In this document: piece after piece, positions 10,034 to 20,580 of the stretch
How positions within the stretch are numbered: position 1 is the stretch's first letter
Layout of the letters: the number at the start of each line of letters is the position of its first letter
Source: an uncultured Verrucomicrobiae bacterium
GTDB taxonomy: Bacteria > Verrucomicrobiota > Verrucomicrobiia > Limisphaerales > Palsa-1400
Length of the DNA: 64,000 nt
Direction of reading: 5' to 3'
Assembly (NCBI GenBank): GCA_963707025.1
Contig: CAVPOM010000009.1
Span: forward strand, 96,001-160,000
Translations under genes and position numbers: made by a program
Notes under the pieces: generated by a model
Told to the model about the DNA's origin: nothing
What the model saw: only the letters and a program-made list of their open reading frames with translations
The model's database searches: none

Positions 10034-10354
10034 TTAGGCCGCGACCGGGATGGCCGCCGGCTTGGGCGCGGCGGCCAGGGTAAAGAGGACGCGAAAAACC
10101 TCGGCGTGGTTGACGAAGCGGTGGCGCAGATTGGCCACGGCGGCCGGTTCGCTCTCGAACAAAATGTTGACGTAGTAGCCGGAGCTGTACTTGCGGTCGG
10201 CGACGCGGGAGAAGGCTTTTTTGTCCATCTTTTGAATGGTTTCAACCTTGCCGCCCGCCGCCGCGATCTCGGCGGAGATTTTATCAATGGTGTCCTTCAG
10301 CGCTTCTTCGCGGGCGGCGCTGCTTAAGATGAACAGACCTTCGTAACGTTTCAC
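10034..10354 (-). CDS. rpsF: 30S ribosomal protein S6
   Basis: MKRYEGLFIL...GYY...; position directly upstream of ssb. Confidence 0.9.
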   Translation of the reverse strand: MKRYEGLFILSSAAREEALKDTIDKISAEIAAAGGKVETIQKMDKKAFSRVADRKYSSGYYVNILFESEPAAVANLRHRFVNHAEVFRVLFTLAAAPKPAAIPVAA

Positions 10355-10959
10355 AGTTTTCCTTTTGGCAACGGGGCCGGGGCGGCCCCGTTAAATTGGT
10401 TCATTGCTTGTTTCATACCCGCACGCAGCCAGCATTCCACCTGCTGGCCGGCGCGGCTCAATACTTCATCCACGGCCGGGCGTTCGCCCGGGGCAAACCG
10501 GCCCAGCACATAATGGCTGATCTGCCGGCCATCGTCTTCCCGCCGCCCGATGCCCAGGCGCAAACGCGGATACTCCCGCGTGCCCAACTGCTGCTCGACC
10601 GATTCCAATCCATGATGCCCGCCGCTGCTGCCTTCGGCCCGCAGGCGAATCAGCCCCAGGGGCAAATCCGCGTCATCCACCACCACGAGCAATTGCGCGG
10701 GCGGCAGGCGGTAAAATCCGCGCAAGGCCGCCACTGCCTGGCCGCTGGCGTTCATGAACGTCTGCGGCTGGCACAAAATGATCCGTTTTCCATCCCGTTC
10801 CAGCCGCGCCAGACGGGAACTGAACTTTTTCTCGCGCACCCACGGCGCGCGCCAGCGGGCGGCCAATTGTGCCACCAGCATAAACCCGATATTATGCCGG
10901 GTGCCGGCGTATTCCCGGCCGGGATTGCCCAATCCCGCAATAAGATATAAATTGTCCAT
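10351..10959 (-). CDS. pth: Peptidyl-tRNA hydrolase
   Basis: GLGNPG.EY..TRHNIGF, TFMN.SG and GSSGGHHGL motifs. Confidence 0.96.
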   Translation of the reverse strand: MDNLYLIAGLGNPGREYAGTRHNIGFMLVAQLAARWRAPWVREKKFSSRLARLERDGKRIILCQPQTFMNASGQAVAALRGFYRLPPAQLLVVVDDADLPLGLIRLRAEGSSGGHHGLESVEQQLGTREYPRLRLGIGRREDDGRQISHYVLGRFAPGERPAVDEVLSRAGQQVECWLRAGMKQAMNQFNGAAPAPLPKGKL

Positions 10960-11016
10960 GCGGCGCGCGCTGGCTGCCTGGCAACCCCAGCCCGGGGTGT
11001 TGCGCCACCGATAAAA

Positions 11017-11894
11017 TTATCTCCTTCTCTCGGGCCTTTTCTCGGGCCTCTTCTCGCCCCGCTTGTCCGCGGGCTTTTCCGCGACGGGGGGGGAGCGGCC
11101 TTGTCGCCCGGCTTGAGGGCGACTTTCTCGCCCGGCTTGAGAGCCGCTTTCTCGCCTGGTTTGAGGGCCGCCTTCTCGCCCGGTTTGAGGGGGGCCTGCT
11201 CCCCGGGCTTGAGGGCGGCTTCCGGCTTGGCTTCCCCTTCGGCGCCCTCTTCCTTTTTCTCTTTGATCATCTCCACTTCGCCAACGGCGGCGGTGGCGGC
11301 TTCGAGGACGGCGGCTTCCTGGGCCTCGGAGATCGGGGCGGCGACGGCCAGGACGGAAATGTGTTTGTCGCCCAAGATTTCCACCCCCGGCGGGGCTTTG
11401 ATGTCGCCGATGTGAATGGCCTGGCCGATTTCCAGGTGGCTGACATCCAGGACGAGGGACTCCGGCAAATCTTTGGGCAGGGCGCGCACTTTCAATTTGA
11501 AAAGAACGTGTTCCAGCGTGCCGCCGCCGGTTTTGACGCCCAAGGCTTCGCCCACGCTGTCCACGGGCACGGTGAGGATGACTTTTTCGTTCTCGGCGAC
11601 TTCGTGCAAATCAAGGTGCAGCACCTGGTTGGAGAGGACATGGTGCTGGATTTCCTGGATGATGGCCAAGCGGTTGGGCTGGGCGTCGCCCTGCACGGTG
11701 AGGTTGAGCAGGACGTTTTCCGAGGCGGCGCCGTGGACGACATCGCGGATGTCCTGGAGATTGATTTCAAGGTTTTGGGGCTGGTTCAGTTTCCCGTAAA
11801 TGACGGCGGGAACGCGGCCGGCGGCGCGAAGGGTTCTGCAACCGGCCCGCCGGCCCAAAGTGCGCGGAAAGGCTTTCAAAGCAATAGATTTCAT
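11017..11894 (-). CDS. rplY: 50S ribosomal protein L25 (Ctc/TL5 type); apparent 1-bp frameshift at the G8 run 11086-11093
   Basis: LRAAGRVPAVIYG, HLDL, GVKTGGG; adding one C restores ...PPPVAEKPADKRGEKRPEKRPERRR* ending at 11017. Confidence 0.9.
11101..11220 (-). repeat. About 5x 24-bp coding tandem repeat (AALKPGEK-like) in the rplY tail
   Basis: AALKPGEQ APLKPGEK AALKPGEK AALKPGEK VALKPGDK. Confidence 0.9.
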
Positions 11895-11939
11895 CTGTTC
11901 AGCATTTTATAATAATTGGCCGGCCAGCGCCAGCATAAC

Positions 11940-12884
11940 CTAACTGGTCCGGCCGCCCTTAAACTCAAATAACGAAGTGATCGACGAATTGCAATTAATT
12001 CGCTTGATCGCTTCGCCCAACAGGCCGGCGACGGACAGACAGGTAATTTTCAAGCCGTCAATCGCCGGGCGGAGGACGGTATCAGTCGTGACCAATTCGT
12101 CAATGCAAGATTTTCGGAGCCTTTGGATGCCGATTTCGTTCAAAATGGCGTGGGAGACGCAGGCGATGATTTTTTTGGCCCCCTTGCGCTTGAGCAGGGT
12201 GGCGGCGTTGACGAGGGTTCCGGCCGTTTCGGTCAGGTCGTCCACCAGGAGAACGTTGCGGCCGCGGATTTCGCCGATGACGGCCATGGCTTCAGTTTCG
12301 GTGGCATTTTTGCGGCGTTTGGCCACGATGGCCAGGCCGGCTTCCAGGACCTGGGAATAGGCATGGGCCATTTTCAGGCCGCCGACATCGGGGCTGACAA
12401 CCACCAAATCAGGGACGTGCATGGGTTTGAGATACTCGTACATGACGGGGGCGGCATAAAGATGATCCACCGGGATGTCGAAAAAGCCCTGAATTTGCTG
12501 GGCGTGCAGGTCCATGGTCAAGATGCGGCTGGCCCCGGCGGCGACCAGCAGATTGGCCACCAGCTTGGCCGTGATGGGCACGCGGGGCTGGTCCTTGCGG
12601 TCCTGCCGGGCGTAACCGTAAAAGGGAAGAACGGCGGTGATGCGCGAAGCGCTGGCCCGGCGCACCGCGTCCATCATTATGAACAGCTCCATCAAGTAAT
12701 GGTTGGTGGGGGGGCTGGTGGACTGGACGATGAAGACATCCTCGCCGCGGATATTTTCCTCGATTTTGACGAACGTTTCGCCATCGGGAAAGGCGCTGAC
12801 GGTGCATTTGCCCAACTCCATGCTGATGGAGGCGGCGATGCTTTTGGCCAGCGGGAGATTGGACGTGCCGCTAAAAATTTTCAC
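11940..12884 (-). CDS. prs: Ribose-phosphate pyrophosphokinase
   Basis: GTG at 12884; YARQDRK, MDLHAQQIQGFF, VVSPDVGG and VDDLTETAGTL motifs. Confidence 0.96.
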   Translation of the reverse strand: MKIFSGTSNLPLAKSIAASISMELGKCTVSAFPDGETFVKIEENIRGEDVFIVQSTSPPTNHYLMELFIMMDAVRRASASRITAVLPFYGYARQDRKDQPRVPITAKLVANLLVAAGASRILTMDLHAQQIQGFFDIPVDHLYAAPVMYEYLKPMHVPDLVVVSPDVGGLKMAHAYSQVLEAGLAIVAKRRKNATETEAMAVIGEIRGRNVLLVDDLTETAGTLVNAATLLKRKGAKKIIACVSHAILNEIGIQRLRKSCIDELVTTDTVLRPAIDGLKITCLSVAGLLGEAIKRINCNSSITSLFEFKGGRTS

Positions 12885-13109
12885 AGATTTGGCTTTGCTC
12901 AAAAAATGAAACCACCGCAATGGTGGCTCGAATGTGGCGGCAATGTAACAACTGCCCCGCGCGATGCAAGCACGAAACACCGCCAGCGGAGATGGGAGGG
13001 CGGCGGCTCTGAAACCCAAACCACCAGGTTAAAACCGGGCAATGAAATCAGGGCGAAATTGGAAATCACCGGTTACCGCACCAACTCCAGTGTTGTATTC
13101 GAACCTTGG

Positions 13110-13185
13110 TGGTGACCCCACCAGGAATTGAACCTGGATCACAAGTTTAGGAAACTCGTGCTCTATCCGTTTGAGCTATGGGGCC
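13110..13185 (-). tRNA. tRNA-Arg(CCT)
   Basis: GGCCCCATAGCTCAAACGGATAGAGCACGAGTTTCCTAAACTTGTGATCCAGGTTCAATTCCTGGTGGGGTCACCA: 76-nt cloverleaf, anticodon CCT, encoded CCA. Confidence 0.96.
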
Positions 13186-13237
13186 GGCCCGCATCCAGTT
13201 TACCTCCGCCCGCCGGCGCGGCAAGAAGGAAGGTTGG

Positions 13238-13270
13238 AAATGCAAAATGCAGAATGCAAAATGCAAAATG
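13238..13270. repeat. Heptamer tandem repeat (AAAATGC)n
   Basis: aaatgc aaaatgc agaatgc aaaatgc aaaatg; similar tract near 55607-55630. Confidence 0.8.
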
Positions 13271-13520
13271 GGGAGGGGAGCCACGGCTCAACGGAATCGC
13301 GCCCTGGCGGGGGATGGGCGCATCCGGGCCGATTAGGCGTGGGGCGAGGGAAATGTTAAATCGCTTGGAGGGGCAAGGCGGGGTTGCTTTCGTGATTCCA
13401 TTCCGGCATGTTGGCGGCGGCTCCAAGGCAGAGGGCCGTGGTTTTGGGCGTGCCAGGCGGCACATTAAAAAATAAAGATTTGAGTGTGCCAGCAAAGAAT
13501 ACCCCGCATGTAACAACCCG

Positions 13521-14306
13521 ATGATTCGCGCTCACCATCTGACCAAGATGTTCGGTTCGCTGGCCGCGGTGCGGGACATTTCCTTCGACATCAAGGCAGG
13601 GGAAATCGTGGCCTTTCTGGGGCCAAACGGCGCCGGCAAAACGACCACGATCAAAATGCTCACGACGCTGTTGAAACCGACCAGCGGCCAGATCGAATTG
13701 GATGGGCTGGACCCGGCCAGCCAGCCCAATGAAGTGCGCCGGCGCTTTGGCATCGTATTTCAAGACCCCAGCTTGGACGATGAGTTGACGGCGCAGGAGA
13801 ATATGGAGATTCACGGCGCCCTCTACAAGGTGGCGCGGCCGCTGCGCGCCGAACGCATTGAAAAACTGCTCAAACTGTTTGAGTTGTGGGATCGGCGGCA
13901 GGAACCGGCGAAACGCTTTTCCGGCGGAATGCGCCGCCGGCTGGAAATCGCGCGCAGCCTGCTGCACACCCCCCGGATACTGTTCCTGGATGAGCCGACC
14001 CTCGGACTGGATCCGCAAACCCGCAATCAGCTCTGGACGCAAGTCAAGAAACTCAACGAAGAGGAGAGCGTCACCGTTTTCCTGACCACGCATTACATGG
14101 AGGAGGCGGAACGGGTGGCGCGGCGGGTCTTCATCATTGATGGCGGGCGCATCATCGCGCAGGGATCGCCGCAGGAACTGAAACAGCAGACCGGCGCGGA
14201 AACCTTGGAACAGGCTTTTCTCGCCCTGACCGGCTCGACCATTCGCGAGGAGGAGGCCAACCCGACCGACCAAATGCGCCGTCTGGCCAGGGCTTGGAGG
14301 CGGTAA
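13521..14306 (+). CDS. ABC transporter ATP-binding protein (DrrA-like)
   Basis: GPNGAGKTT, FSGGMRRRL, LFLDEPT and TTHYMEEAE motifs. Confidence 0.93.
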   Translation: MIRAHHLTKMFGSLAAVRDISFDIKAGEIVAFLGPNGAGKTTTIKMLTTLLKPTSGQIELDGLDPASQPNEVRRRFGIVFQDPSLDDELTAQENMEIHGALYKVARPLRAERIEKLLKLFELWDRRQEPAKRFSGGMRRRLEIARSLLHTPRILFLDEPTLGLDPQTRNQLWTQVKKLNEEESVTVFLTTHYMEEAERVARRVFIIDGGRIIAQGSPQELKQQTGAETLEQAFLALTGSTIREEEANPTDQMRRLARAWRR

Positions 14307-14316
14307 GGATCAATTT

Positions 14317-15063
14317 ATGAATGTCATCTACATCCTCTGGCTGCGGCAAATGAAACGGTACGTGCGTTCCCGGTCGCGGGTGGTGGGCTCCCTGGCCCAA
14401 CCGCTCTTATACCTGCTGGGGATGGGCTACGGCCTGGGCCCGGTCTTTCAACGGGCCGGCATGGGCAGCTACGTCCAGTTTATCGCGCCGGGTTTGATTG
14501 CCATGACCATCCAATTTACCTCGGTGTTCTCGGGGATCGAGTTGCTCATGGACCGGCAGTTTGGTTTCTTGAAGGAAACCCTGGTGGCGCCGGTGCCCCG
14601 GCTTTGGATCATATTGGGCCGGATTTTGGGCGGCGCCACCGTGGCCTTCCTGCAAGGATTGATTTTCCTGGGCGTTTGCCTGCTGGCGGGATTTCGCTGG
14701 CACGACATCGGCGCACTGCCCCTGGCCTTCCTTTTTATGGCGCTGATTGGGATGGTCTTCACCGCGGTGGGGTCGGCCATTGGATCGGCCATGCGCGATT
14801 TTCAAGGTTTTCAGTTCGTCGTCGGTTTCTTCATCATGCCGGTTTTTTTTCTTTCGGGCGCCATGTTTCCGCTCACCAACCTGCCGCCGGTTCTGACCCT
14901 CCTCACCCGGCTGGATCCGCTTTCCTACGGCGTGGATGGCCTGCGCCATGCGCTCAACGGCGTGGTTCACTTCGGACTGGCCTCGGATGTAGCCGTGCTG
15001 GCCGCGGTCGCGGCGCTGATGCTCGTCTTGAGCAGCTATCTGTTCTCAAAGATAGAGCCTTGA
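14317..15063 (+). CDS. ABC-2 type permease (DrrB-like)
   Basis: About 6 TM; DRQFGFLKETLVAPV, FFLSGAMFP and DPLSYGVDGLR motifs. Confidence 0.9.
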   Translation: MNVIYILWLRQMKRYVRSRSRVVGSLAQPLLYLLGMGYGLGPVFQRAGMGSYVQFIAPGLIAMTIQFTSVFSGIELLMDRQFGFLKETLVAPVPRLWIILGRILGGATVAFLQGLIFLGVCLLAGFRWHDIGALPLAFLFMALIGMVFTAVGSAIGSAMRDFQGFQFVVGFFIMPVFFLSGAMFPLTNLPPVLTLLTRLDPLSYGVDGLRHALNGVVHFGLASDVAVLAAVAALMLVLSSYLFSKIEP

Positions 15064-15268
15064 CTTGCGGCCGGAAGACAGCCTTCCGGGGTTTGCGCGC
15101 GCCTCTTGACGCTGCTACCGGGCTGCGCCGCAAGAATGCCACGGAGTGCGCCCTTCCCCCGGCGCCGCAGCGTGCAAAACACGGCGCGCCGGGGATCTTC
15201 CCGCGCTCCTCCTCCCAAATAGTCCTGCTCGTCATGGGGCTGGTTTGGCCTTAAGATGGACGGCGCGC

Positions 15269-16485
15269 ATGAACATACCAAAGCTGCAAACGATTGACCG
15301 CGTGGTGGGAGTTCCGCTCTGTTTCTTGTTGACGGGAGTGCGCCGGGTCCTGCCCCGGCGCCTGCCGCCGGGGCCGGCCCGCGTGCGCAATCTCCTCTTC
15401 GTCAAACTGGCCGAGCAAGGCTCCACCGTGCTGGCCATCGCCGCCATCCAGCGCGCCGTGCAGATGGTCGGGCGCGAGCACGTCTATTTCATCGCCTTTG
15501 AGGAAAACCGCTTCATCCTGGATCTGCTGGAACTGATCCCGGAAAAGAACGTCCTCACGCTCAACTCGCAAACGCTGACCGGCCTGGCCTTTTCCACCTT
15601 GCGGGCGATGCGGCGGATGTGGGCCTTGAAACTGGACGCGGCCATTGACATGGAATTCTTCGCCCGCGGCTCGGCCATCATGACCCTGCTGAGCGGGGCG
15701 CGGGCGCGGGTGGGGTTTCACACCTGGTATGCGGCCGGGCCTTATCGGGGCGACTTGTTTACCCACCGGCTGTTGTACAATCCGCACCTGCACACCGCCA
15801 GCATCTTCCAGGTGCTGGTGGAAGCGTTGCGGAGCGATCCGGCCGATTTGCCGACGCTGGCCCTGGCGCCGCCCTCGGCGGAAAACACCTTCGCCCACTT
15901 TGTGCCCCGGCCCGGCGAGGTGGAGCCGGTGGAGGCGCTCTTGCCGCACCCCAACGGGAAGCGTCCGCCCATCATCCTGCTCAATCCCAACGCCAGCGAC
16001 CTGGTGCCCCTGCGCCAATGGCCGGCCGCTATGTGGAACTGGCCCGCCGCCTGCTCGCCCAGTTTCCCGAGCTTCACATCAGCTTCACCGGCGGGCCGCG
16101 CGAAGTGGGGCCCATCGAGCGCCTGACGGGCGAGGTCAATTCCCCGCGCTGCACCTGCCTGGCGGGCAAGACCACGCTGCGGCAGTTGATGGTGCTCTAC
16201 GCGCTGTGCGAAGTGCTGGTGACCAACGACAGCGGCCCGGCCCATTTCGCCTCGCTCACCTCCATCCATGTCATCACCCTGTTCGGGCCGGAAACGCCGG
16301 CCTTGTTTGCGGCGCGCACGCCGCGCAACCTGGCCATCTGGGCCGGTCTTTCGTGCAGCCCGTGTGTCAACGCCAACAACAACCGGCAATCCCCCTGCCG
16401 CAACAACCTGTGCATGCAACAGATCACCGTGGACCAGGTTTTCACCGAAGTCTGCCGCGTTTACCGGGCACGGGCCAAAAAGTGA
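15269..16485 (+). pseudogene. Glycosyltransferase family 9 (heptosyltransferase-like), frameshifted near 16025
   Basis: N-half ends LLNPNASDLVPLRQWP; the other frame continues RYVELARRL...GKTTL..LVTNDSGPAHFA...LFGP; may be an assembly error. Confidence 0.8.
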
Positions 16486-16562
16486 GGTCATGGCTTGGGG
16501 TGCGCCGCCGCGGACAGGGGACTGCCCGCCCTGCCAGGCCCGGTCCGCCCAACACCGGGCGG

Positions 16563-17792
16563 TTATAAAATGGCGGCTGTTTCTTCCTGACGGGTGGCGA
16601 GGTCCTTGCGTTTCTCCGCCAGTTTGCCGTCGGGGGCGCGCTCCAGTTTCAGGATGAAACGGGCCTTCAGTTCCTGGGCGCGCTTGAATTGTTTGTCCGG
16701 CTTGGCCGGGGTCAAGGGATACTCCACGGCGCGGCCCTGGTCGCGCCAGTGTTGCACCCGCCGCAGGGAATCCTGGCGCAAGGCCTCGTCTTCGATGACA
16801 TAGAAAAACTCGATGGGCGCGTCAAACTTGGGGAGCAATCCCCGCGCCTTGAGCAATTCGAGCAAGACGACATCGCCCATGCCAAACCCCAGCGCCGGCA
16901 GGGCGACCTTGCCGCCGCTGATCAGCTCAATCAGATTGTCATAGCGCCCGCCGCCGGCAATGGCGCGCAACTCGCCCTTTTTGTCGAAGGCTTCGAAGAC
17001 GGCGCCGGTGTAGTAGGCCAGCCCGCGGATGACGTGATAATCAATTCTGACAAACGCCCCCAGGCCGCGCGCCTCCAGATTCTTGACAATGAATTCCAAT
17101 TCGGGCGTGGGGCTTCCCTGGGCGATGAACTGGTTGACTTCCTCCAGCTTGAAACCGAGCGCGGCCGCGGCCTGTTCGTTTTCTTCCTGTGAATGGCGCT
17201 CCAGTTTGTCAATGACCTGGTAGAACGAGAGGGCCTTTTCCGGCTGGGCGCAGCGCGCCTGGAAAAACTGCTGCCAGGCGTTGCGGCTGCTCAGGCGGAT
17301 GACAAAATCTTCCGCCGTCAATCCGCAGGCCCGCAACGAATCAATCAGCAGCGCCAAAAGTTCGGACTCCGCCGCCGGGCCGGCTTCGCCGATAATATCG
17401 GCATTGAATTGGAAATGTTCGCGCAGCCGTCCTTTTTGCTGGCGTTCGTAACGGAAAAGCTGCGGGATGGCGAACCACTTGACCGGCTTTTTGTAATGCC
17501 GTTCGTGCGCCGCCACCATGCGCGCCAGGCTGGGCGTCATTTCCGGGCGGAGGGCGACGGGGCGTCCGCCCTTGTCAACGAAGTTGTAGAGCTGTCCGAC
17601 GATTTCCTCCCCGCTTTTGAGCGTGAACAACTCCAGCGGTTCCAGGGGCGGCCCGTCATATTCGCGGAAGCCATAGCGGCGCGCGGTGGCGCGCCAGCGC
17701 TCGAAAACAAACTGGCGGGCGTCCGCGCTCCACAGATCGGAGTGCGGCACCGGTTCCGGGTAAAAGTCGCGAAAGCCAGGCAAACGTTCCAT
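16563..17792 (-). CDS. hisS: Histidine--tRNA ligase
   Basis: LPGFRDFYP, ALRPEMT, FRYERQQKGRLREHFQ, RGLAYYTG and GGGRYD motifs. Confidence 0.95.
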   Translation of the reverse strand: MERLPGFRDFYPEPVPHSDLWSADARQFVFERWRATARRYGFREYDGPPLEPLELFTLKSGEEIVGQLYNFVDKGGRPVALRPEMTPSLARMVAAHERHYKKPVKWFAIPQLFRYERQQKGRLREHFQFNADIIGEAGPAAESELLALLIDSLRACGLTAEDFVIRLSSRNAWQQFFQARCAQPEKALSFYQVIDKLERHSQEENEQAAAALGFKLEEVNQFIAQGSPTPELEFIVKNLEARGLGAFVRIDYHVIRGLAYYTGAVFEAFDKKGELRAIAGGGRYDNLIELISGGKVALPALGFGMGDVVLLELLKARGLLPKFDAPIEFFYVIEDEALRQDSLRRVQHWRDQGRAVEYPLTPAKPDKQFKRAQELKARFILKLERAPDGKLAEKRKDLATRQEETAAIL

Positions 17793-18002
17793 AAAACAAC
17801 CGGACGACAAGGAGCCACAAAACTGGCCCAATGAGAATCAAAATCGGCGGCTGGAAAAGGCGGGGCGGGCGCGCCCCTACCCGCCTGCAGGCCGTGGCAT
17901 TGGCGGCAACGCCACACTACCGTCGTCGGCGGGTCCCGATATTTCGGGACCAGCCCTGCCACCCAGGACGGACACGGTGCGGGACGGCGTTTTCCAGCGC
18001 CA

Positions 18003-19607
18003 TCACCGGGCCTTTTCGACGACGAGCATTTCGATGGGCAAGTTGGTCGGCGTCAATTCCAGGCCGGCTTGGTCAATGAGGGCCTGGTTCAACAGCTCGA
18101 ACTGTTCGCGCGCGGTGGCGTTCCATCTCAGATCAATGGCAAAGAAGGCCGCGTCGGGAAGGCCGGTTTGGTTAATGACTGGCAGGTGTAAATACTGGTT
18201 CTGGATGGATTGCGCCAACTGGTTAATGGCACCCCGTCCTTGGCCCCAAAAATGACCTTGCCCGGAATTGAAAGCACCCTCCCTTGTCGTGGGTTGCAAT
18301 GCCGCGGCGCTTGGATTGCGGACAGAAAGGATTAAAACATCCGTGTCGCGCATTTGGCGGCTGATGGCAAGGCCAAATTTCGCCGAGATCACCTCACGCA
18401 AGGCGTCCACCGCCCCGTCGGGGAGGTTGGCAATAAAGTCGTATCGCTGTTGCGGGAGAGGCGCGGCATATAACGTCCAGGTCGGAGGCGTGGAATAGAC
18501 CATCCCAATGATACTTTTGACAGTCATATCAAGCCCCATCACTTGTGCTGTTCTCAGCCAATTGGCATTAGGCCGGCTATTGTAAGTGACAAATTCGTGC
18601 CAGGAGGAGTTTTCTGAAGCCTGCGATTCTGATTGCCATGCTCCTTGTCCTTGCTCGTTTTGATTATATGAGGAAAGATAACCGATTTTCCGCTTGAATT
18701 TTGCGGGGAGAATTGTGACTTGGGGCCGCGCCCGGCCCATGGTGGAATAGGCGTGGTTCGTGAAGTTTACGACTGGTTTTTCGACCTGCCATGAGTAATC
18801 ATGGCCTGGGTCATCCTGCCTTTGCCGGATCGCGTGAAGAGTAAGAGTGGCGGTTCCGACGGCGAGCAAGGCGCCGGCCACAAGGACGACGGTGGTTTTC
18901 AATTTTGTCCAGGCCATAAGTCTTAAAATTCCTTTCGCGATGGTGAGGGTTGGGGTGATGACGGAGGAGTTGGCGGCGGCAGCGGTCGCCACGGAGGAAG
19001 CCAAACCGGCCGGCGCGGCTTGGGCGCCGCCAGCGGTGAAGGCGGCGGCCAGGACTGCCACCGGAGCCACGATGCCGCGCCGGGCGAAAATCAGGCGCAG
19101 CTTTTCCACGGCACGGGCGACGCGGCGCTTGGCGGCTTCTTCGCTCACGCCGAGGGCCTGGCCGACTTCCTTGTGGCTCTTGCTCTCGAAGAAGCGGATG
19201 GCCACGGCATCGCGATCGGTTTTGGAGAGGCGGTGGAGGGCCTCGTCGAGATGGGGTGAGATCTGGTCCCAGACGACCCCGGCGTCGCTGGATTCGGGGC
19301 TGGTTTGCATGGCGAAAGCTTCCTGTTCGTGACGGCGGCGGCGAGTTTCCTGGCGGGAAAGGTTCAGGACGGCGAAACGGGTGGCCCGAAGCAGCCAACC
19401 GGACAGCACGACGCTGTTGGAGAGGCCAGGCGCCTTGTGCGTCAAAGCGATGAAGACGGCCTGGGTGACATCCTGCGCCAGATGCGGATCCCTGACCTGG
19501 CGCAAGGCGGCATGATAAACCATGCCGCCATATCGGACGGCCAGGGCGCGGAATGCCTCTTCGGAATTCCGGGTCCTGTATTCATTTAGCAATTGCCAGT
19601 CGTCCAT
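18003..19607 (-). CDS. ECF sigma factor fused to a C-terminal TIGR03435-like domain
   Basis: Sigma regions 2 and 4 at the N-terminus, one TM helix, YDFIA...PVINQTGL...GLEL...IEMLVVEK C-terminus. Confidence 0.85.
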   Translation of the reverse strand: MDDWQLLNEYRTRNSEEAFRALAVRYGGMVYHAALRQVRDPHLAQDVTQAVFIALTHKAPGLSNSVVLSGWLLRATRFAVLNLSRQETRRRRHEQEAFAMQTSPESSDAGVVWDQISPHLDEALHRLSKTDRDAVAIRFFESKSHKEVGQALGVSEEAAKRRVARAVEKLRLIFARRGIVAPVAVLAAAFTAGGAQAAPAGLASSVATAAAANSSVITPTLTIAKGILRLMAWTKLKTTVVLVAGALLAVGTATLTLHAIRQRQDDPGHDYSWQVEKPVVNFTNHAYSTMGRARPQVTILPAKFKRKIGYLSSYNQNEQGQGAWQSESQASENSSWHEFVTYNSRPNANWLRTAQVMGLDMTVKSIIGMVYSTPPTWTLYAAPLPQQRYDFIANLPDGAVDALREVISAKFGLAISRQMRDTDVLILSVRNPSAAALQPTTREGAFNSGQGHFWGQGRGAINQLAQSIQNQYLHLPVINQTGLPDAAFFAIDLRWNATAREQFELLNQALIDQAGLELTPTNLPIEMLVVEKAR

Positions 19608-19726
19608 AACCTAATCGGTACTCTGCTAATAGACAGCCGCCCGAAGAAAAAAGGGACAAATTTTCGGCGGGAAAAGGCATCGCTCATCCTGTGGGAGGTC
19701 CCGAACAAGCCGCCAGCGGCGTGCTT

Positions 19727-20567
19727 TCAGGCGGCGTGGAGCAGGGCGCGATAGGCGGCGCGGAGTCGGCCGGTCAGGGGCGAACGGCGCGTCTTTTTTC
19801 CGTCGAGTGATTCCACTTCGACAATGCCAAAGGAGGCTCAGGGTAAGGAAAACGCCGTCGGCCCGGAGGAGCGCGCCGGGCCGGGCGAGGGTTTCGCGGG
19901 CGGGGATTTTCATTTTTTGGCAGAGTTCCAGGACCAGGCGGCGCGTCACGCCGGGCAACGGACCGGCGGCCAGCGGCGGAGTATGGACAACTTTGTTCTT
20001 GACCCAGAAGAGGTTGGCGGAAGCCGCCTCGGCGAGGTGGCCGTTGCTGTTGAGGAGGAGGGCGTCCCCGGCCCCGGCCTCGTCGGCCTCGGCGCGGGCC
20101 AGGACGTGGCGCAGTTTGTTGGCGGTCTTGAAGCGCGCCAGCGGGTCGTTGGCGGGAAGCCGCAGGGAGGAGGTGATGAGGCGCCAGCGGGGCGGCTTGG
20201 CGGGAGGCACGGCCGGGGCGGGAAGGAGCGTCATGACGACGGCGGGATGGGTGGCGTGGCGCGGCGAATAGCCGCGCGCGGCCACGCCGCGCGAAAGGGT
20301 CAGGCGCAGCATGGCCTCGGGCATCTGATTGCGCCGGATCAATTGCGCGGCGAAGGCGCGCAGTTCATCGTGGGAGTAGGGCAGGGAAAGTTTGAGGGCA
20401 TCCACGCCGTGCTGCAGACGCCGCAGGTGCTCCGGCCAGCGGAACGGACGCCCGCCGGTCACGAGCATGGTTTCCCATAAAGCGTCGCCATAAAGAAATC
20501 CGCGGTCAAAGACAGACACCACCGCCTTGGCCGGGGGGACGAATTTGCCATTGAGAAAAACCATCAT
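19727..20567 (-). CDS. Aminotransferase class IV (BCAT/aminodeoxychorismate lyase-like); apparent +1 indel near 19835
   Basis: DRGFLYGD..ET, KTAN, AE...ANLF, LPGVTR; removing one C gives TLSSFGIVEVESLDG...* ending at 19727. Confidence 0.85.
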
Positions 20568-20580
20568 GCCAGGGGCCTTG

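Noticed and set aside
11101..11220. 24-bp repeats as a CRISPR or non-coding array
   Set aside because: Contiguous in-frame coding repeats with wobble variation inside rplY
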